Shown: one piece after another, positions 61,398 to 64,000 of the stretch
Layout of the letters: the number at the start of each line of letters is the position of its first letter
How positions within the stretch are numbered: position 1 is the stretch's first letter
IMG/VR virus record: IMGVR_UViG_3300011008_000003
DNA length: 64,000 nt
Direction: 5' to 3' (one strand)
DNA from: a virus
Taxonomy: Duplodnaviria; Heunggongvirae; Uroviricota; Caudoviricetes
The notes under the pieces: generated by a model
The model's input: the letters and a program-made list of their open reading frames with translations, nothing else
What the model was told of the DNA's origin: nothing
The model's database searches: none
Position numbers and translations under genes: made by a program

Positions 61398-62250
61398 TTT
61401 TATCCTCTTCATGAGACTGGACTTTACGCAAGCTTTCCAGGATGATTCTCAGTTTTTCATGTTCTTCTTTGCTGAAGTCATATTCTTTGTCGCCGTATGC
61501 AAGCGTACAAACATCGTCTATGACCTGAGCAATCGTCGGTTTTTTCGGGTAGGCTTTTTTCCATGCCCATTTTTCCGAACGGTCATAATCAGGTTCAGGA
61601 ATTTTACGTTCAAACTGTCCTTCATACCAGGTTTTGTAGCGGTCGCTATAATCCCAGTCAATCAGGCGTTCAATACCGAAGTTATCCAACAGACCTTCAC
61701 GACCTTTCGGTGAAAGGTTATGCAGAATTTCGGCGATTTCACAACATTTCCTGAAGTCAGCTACGACGTTATCATAGAAACGTTGACAGTTGAGGTGACG
61801 AATTCTCCAGAGTTTATCACGCTGGGCTTCATATTTTTCGTATTCGTCGAAACTCAAATCTTCATAGTTCGGATAAACCGCTTCAATCGGTGTAGAGTAA
61901 TCACCTTTGACACGAATATGAACAGCAGTCAGTTCCATAAACTGTTGAAGTTTTGCCAAGAATTTCTGTGTTTCTCCAATCGTCTGTTCGTCTTCGCGGT
62001 CACGAAGAGAACCGATTACGGTAACATAGCCATAGTTAAAGGTTTCACCGTCTTCAGAAGAAAACGAACTCGGCGAAACAGGAGGGTTTACGAAGAATTT
62101 TACCGGACCTTCGGAGCCAGTAATATCAAAACCGTTACGACGAGTCATTTTGATAGCCCATTCGATATAGGCTACGATACGATCTTTGCTGCCGGACTGA
62201 AACGGCAATTGTGCGTTAAATGTTCCACGAATGTATGTCCAATGACTCAT
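61378..62250 (-). CDS. Hypothetical protein
   Basis: MSHWTYIRG...TGSEG...GSLRDR; AAGGAG RBS. Confidence 0.7.
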   Translation of the reverse strand: MSHWTYIRGTFNAQLPFQSGSKDRIVAYIEWAIKMTRRNGFDITGSEGPVKFFVNPPVSPSSFSSEDGETFNYGYVTVIGSLRDREDEQTIGETQKFLAKLQQFMELTAVHIRVKGDYSTPIEAVYPNYEDLSFDEYEKYEAQRDKLWRIRHLNCQRFYDNVVADFRKCCEIAEILHNLSPKGREGLLDNFGIERLIDWDYSDRYKTWYEGQFERKIPEPDYDRSEKWAWKKAYPKKPTIAQVIDDVCTLAYGDKEYDFSKEEHEKLRIILESLRKVQSHEEDKNEIEEN

Positions 62251-62499
62251 TATTATTACTCCTTGTTACCGCCTAAATATAATAAAAACGGGTCTACATG
62301 TCAACCCGTTTCGTGCAATTTTCTGTCTCGAAGGATGAGCCCTTAAGTTTTGGTTTTTTCCTTAGAAGTTTATCGAATTCTTTAGCTAATCGTTGTGAAT
62401 CGGATAAAGGTTTTCGTGGCTTCTTCGGTTTAGGCTTAGAAACTGCCGGAGTATCTGTTATTTCTCTGTCAACTTCTAATACTTTCCATTCACTTATTA

Positions 62500-62910
62500 T
62501 CATTTCTTAACTCTCAATAAATTGTCGTATTTTTCTGCCGTAGACTTTAATTGTTTAACTTCTTTCTCTTCATATACTACAGTAAAATTTGTATCTGATA
62601 AATCTTTGAAACATCTGGCTTTCCATAATGCAAGAAGCTTATTGGCGTTCTTCTGTCCTGGAATTAAATATCCTCTTGCTGGATATGAAATAGTGGAAGC
62701 AGAATAACTGATAGCTTTATTGGAATAATAACATAAGAACTCTTCTTCGTTATATTTTACATTTTTCCATTTCGGACGCCAAAGATTAAAAATAGATGGA
62801 TTCTTCTTATACTGTACGATATAATACCAGCCATCCCAGTTAGGAATAGTTCCAGAAATCTTATCATGAAATCTTGAAAGCATGTCAGTCTTTATGATTC
62901 TGAATTCCAT
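62500..62910 (-). CDS. Hypothetical protein, paralog of 19394-19891
   Basis: Shared motifs with 19394-19891. Confidence 0.7.
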   Translation of the reverse strand: MEFRIIKTDMLSRFHDKISGTIPNWDGWYYIVQYKKNPSIFNLWRPKWKNVKYNEEEFLCYYSNKAISYSASTISYPARGYLIPGQKNANKLLALWKARCFKDLSDTNFTVVYEEKEVKQLKSTAEKYDNLLRVKK

Positions 62911-63913
62911 TATTCCCTCAAGAATTTTTCATATTGCTGTGTCATTGTCATTTTTTCCGGACGATGCTTCGTAACAAACATAATAAACAAAATTGTCGGG
63001 TTAATAAATATATGCTTGATTAACGATATAGTAATCAGAACTGGGAATGTAATTACCCAGCTGAATGTACAAATATACCAGATATAAAACATCGTATAGG
63101 TCAATGCATGGTCATTTTCATCGTCATACCAGTTCTCATGGTTTACAAGATATGTAACATAGAAAGCCCAGCCAAGGATAACGATGATTAAGAATAATAT
63201 CGGAAGCCACTGGTTATTCTGAAGAAACAGGACAAACGGATCCGGTTCACGATATTTACCCATCGAATATAATAAAAAGACAAAACTAGTCATCGATATA
63301 AAAATCGATATGATTAATGAAATGACGCCAAAAACGGAGCTCTCTCCGTTCTGTAAAACATCGCCATGCATTTTCCTTAGTATATTTCTCATTGTAATTA
63401 CCTTTTTAATAAAGTGTCATACTGTTCTGCTATTGTTTGTTTTGTTTTCTTCTTTCTAGTTCCAGAAAGCAAACGGATTAAACCGATAGTGCAATCGTAG
63501 AAAATGAACTTACCTATTATTCCAAGTGCAATTGCTGGATAATAAATCGCCCAACTGAACGTAAGAATATACCAGAGATACCATAATGTATATGATAACA
63601 CATGGTCTTCCTCATGTTCAAACCAGGCTTCATGATTCGATGCATATATACCGTGAAATACCCAGCCAATCGCAGACATAATAAATAATGTCGTCGGAAT
63701 CCACTTATGTGCCTTTAACATAAGAGTTGTACTGTCATTCAAGTTACTAAAATGTGCACACATTGTAGTAATGAAGATAAATACTCCTATTTCAAGAGCA
63801 CAGACGTAGATAAAAAACGACGTATTACCTTTTAGAATATCAGATTTTGACATATTATGCCTTATTAGCTTCAAGTAACTTCTGCATGACAAACTGGTTA
63901 AGTCCAGCATCAC
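62910..63913 (-). CDS. Two tandem paralogous membrane proteins (62910-63392, 63398-63913)
   Basis: Shared GW.F...Y..NHE.W....DH.L.YT..Y.WYI.TFSW; C-terminal QY..xL. Confidence 0.75.
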
Positions 63914-64000
63914 CGTGAGGCAAGAAAAGCATAGTCTGCATATTTGAATTCATGTAAAGGTCATTAATAAACGAACCGACTGCGACAGAACGGCTCTTTC

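Overview
This window looks like part of a large (jumbo-type) phage genome. It is AT-rich, almost all genes are on the minus strand and densely packed, and no core structural or replication genes are clearly present. Bases 1-5060 form a non-coding RNA island: 10 recognisable tRNA genes (one cut by the window edge), several tRNA-like or structured RNAs and a Mesh1/SpoT-like HD hydrolase. The rest is early/accessory genes under a repeated sigma70-like promoter (TTGACA-N17-TATATT). These include a deamidating NAD+ salvage set (PncA, PncB, NadD/NadM-Nudix, NadE), CoaD-CoaE, AroE, a PurA-like/vWA/macrodomain cluster, a radical SAM protein, Hsp20, an M18 peptidase, phosphoesterases and many paralogous membrane proteins. 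Two candidate systems stand out. (1) Three short leader-peptide ORFs share a private promoter type and sit in terminator/antiterminator structures. Two of them precede tRNA genes for the amino acids they are rich in (Asn/Thr/Pro; Phe), and the third has five UCA codons. This suggests codon-sensing attenuation of back-up tRNAs. (2) Six small RNAs share a covarying bulged helix plus UCCUAUU and carry different cargoes (tRNA body, D+anticodon arms, anti-SD loops). One copy is the leader of a 643-aa TerD-like protein, which suggests a Y-RNA/Ro-like RNP. All RNA structures and protein families were assigned by eye and need computational confirmation.
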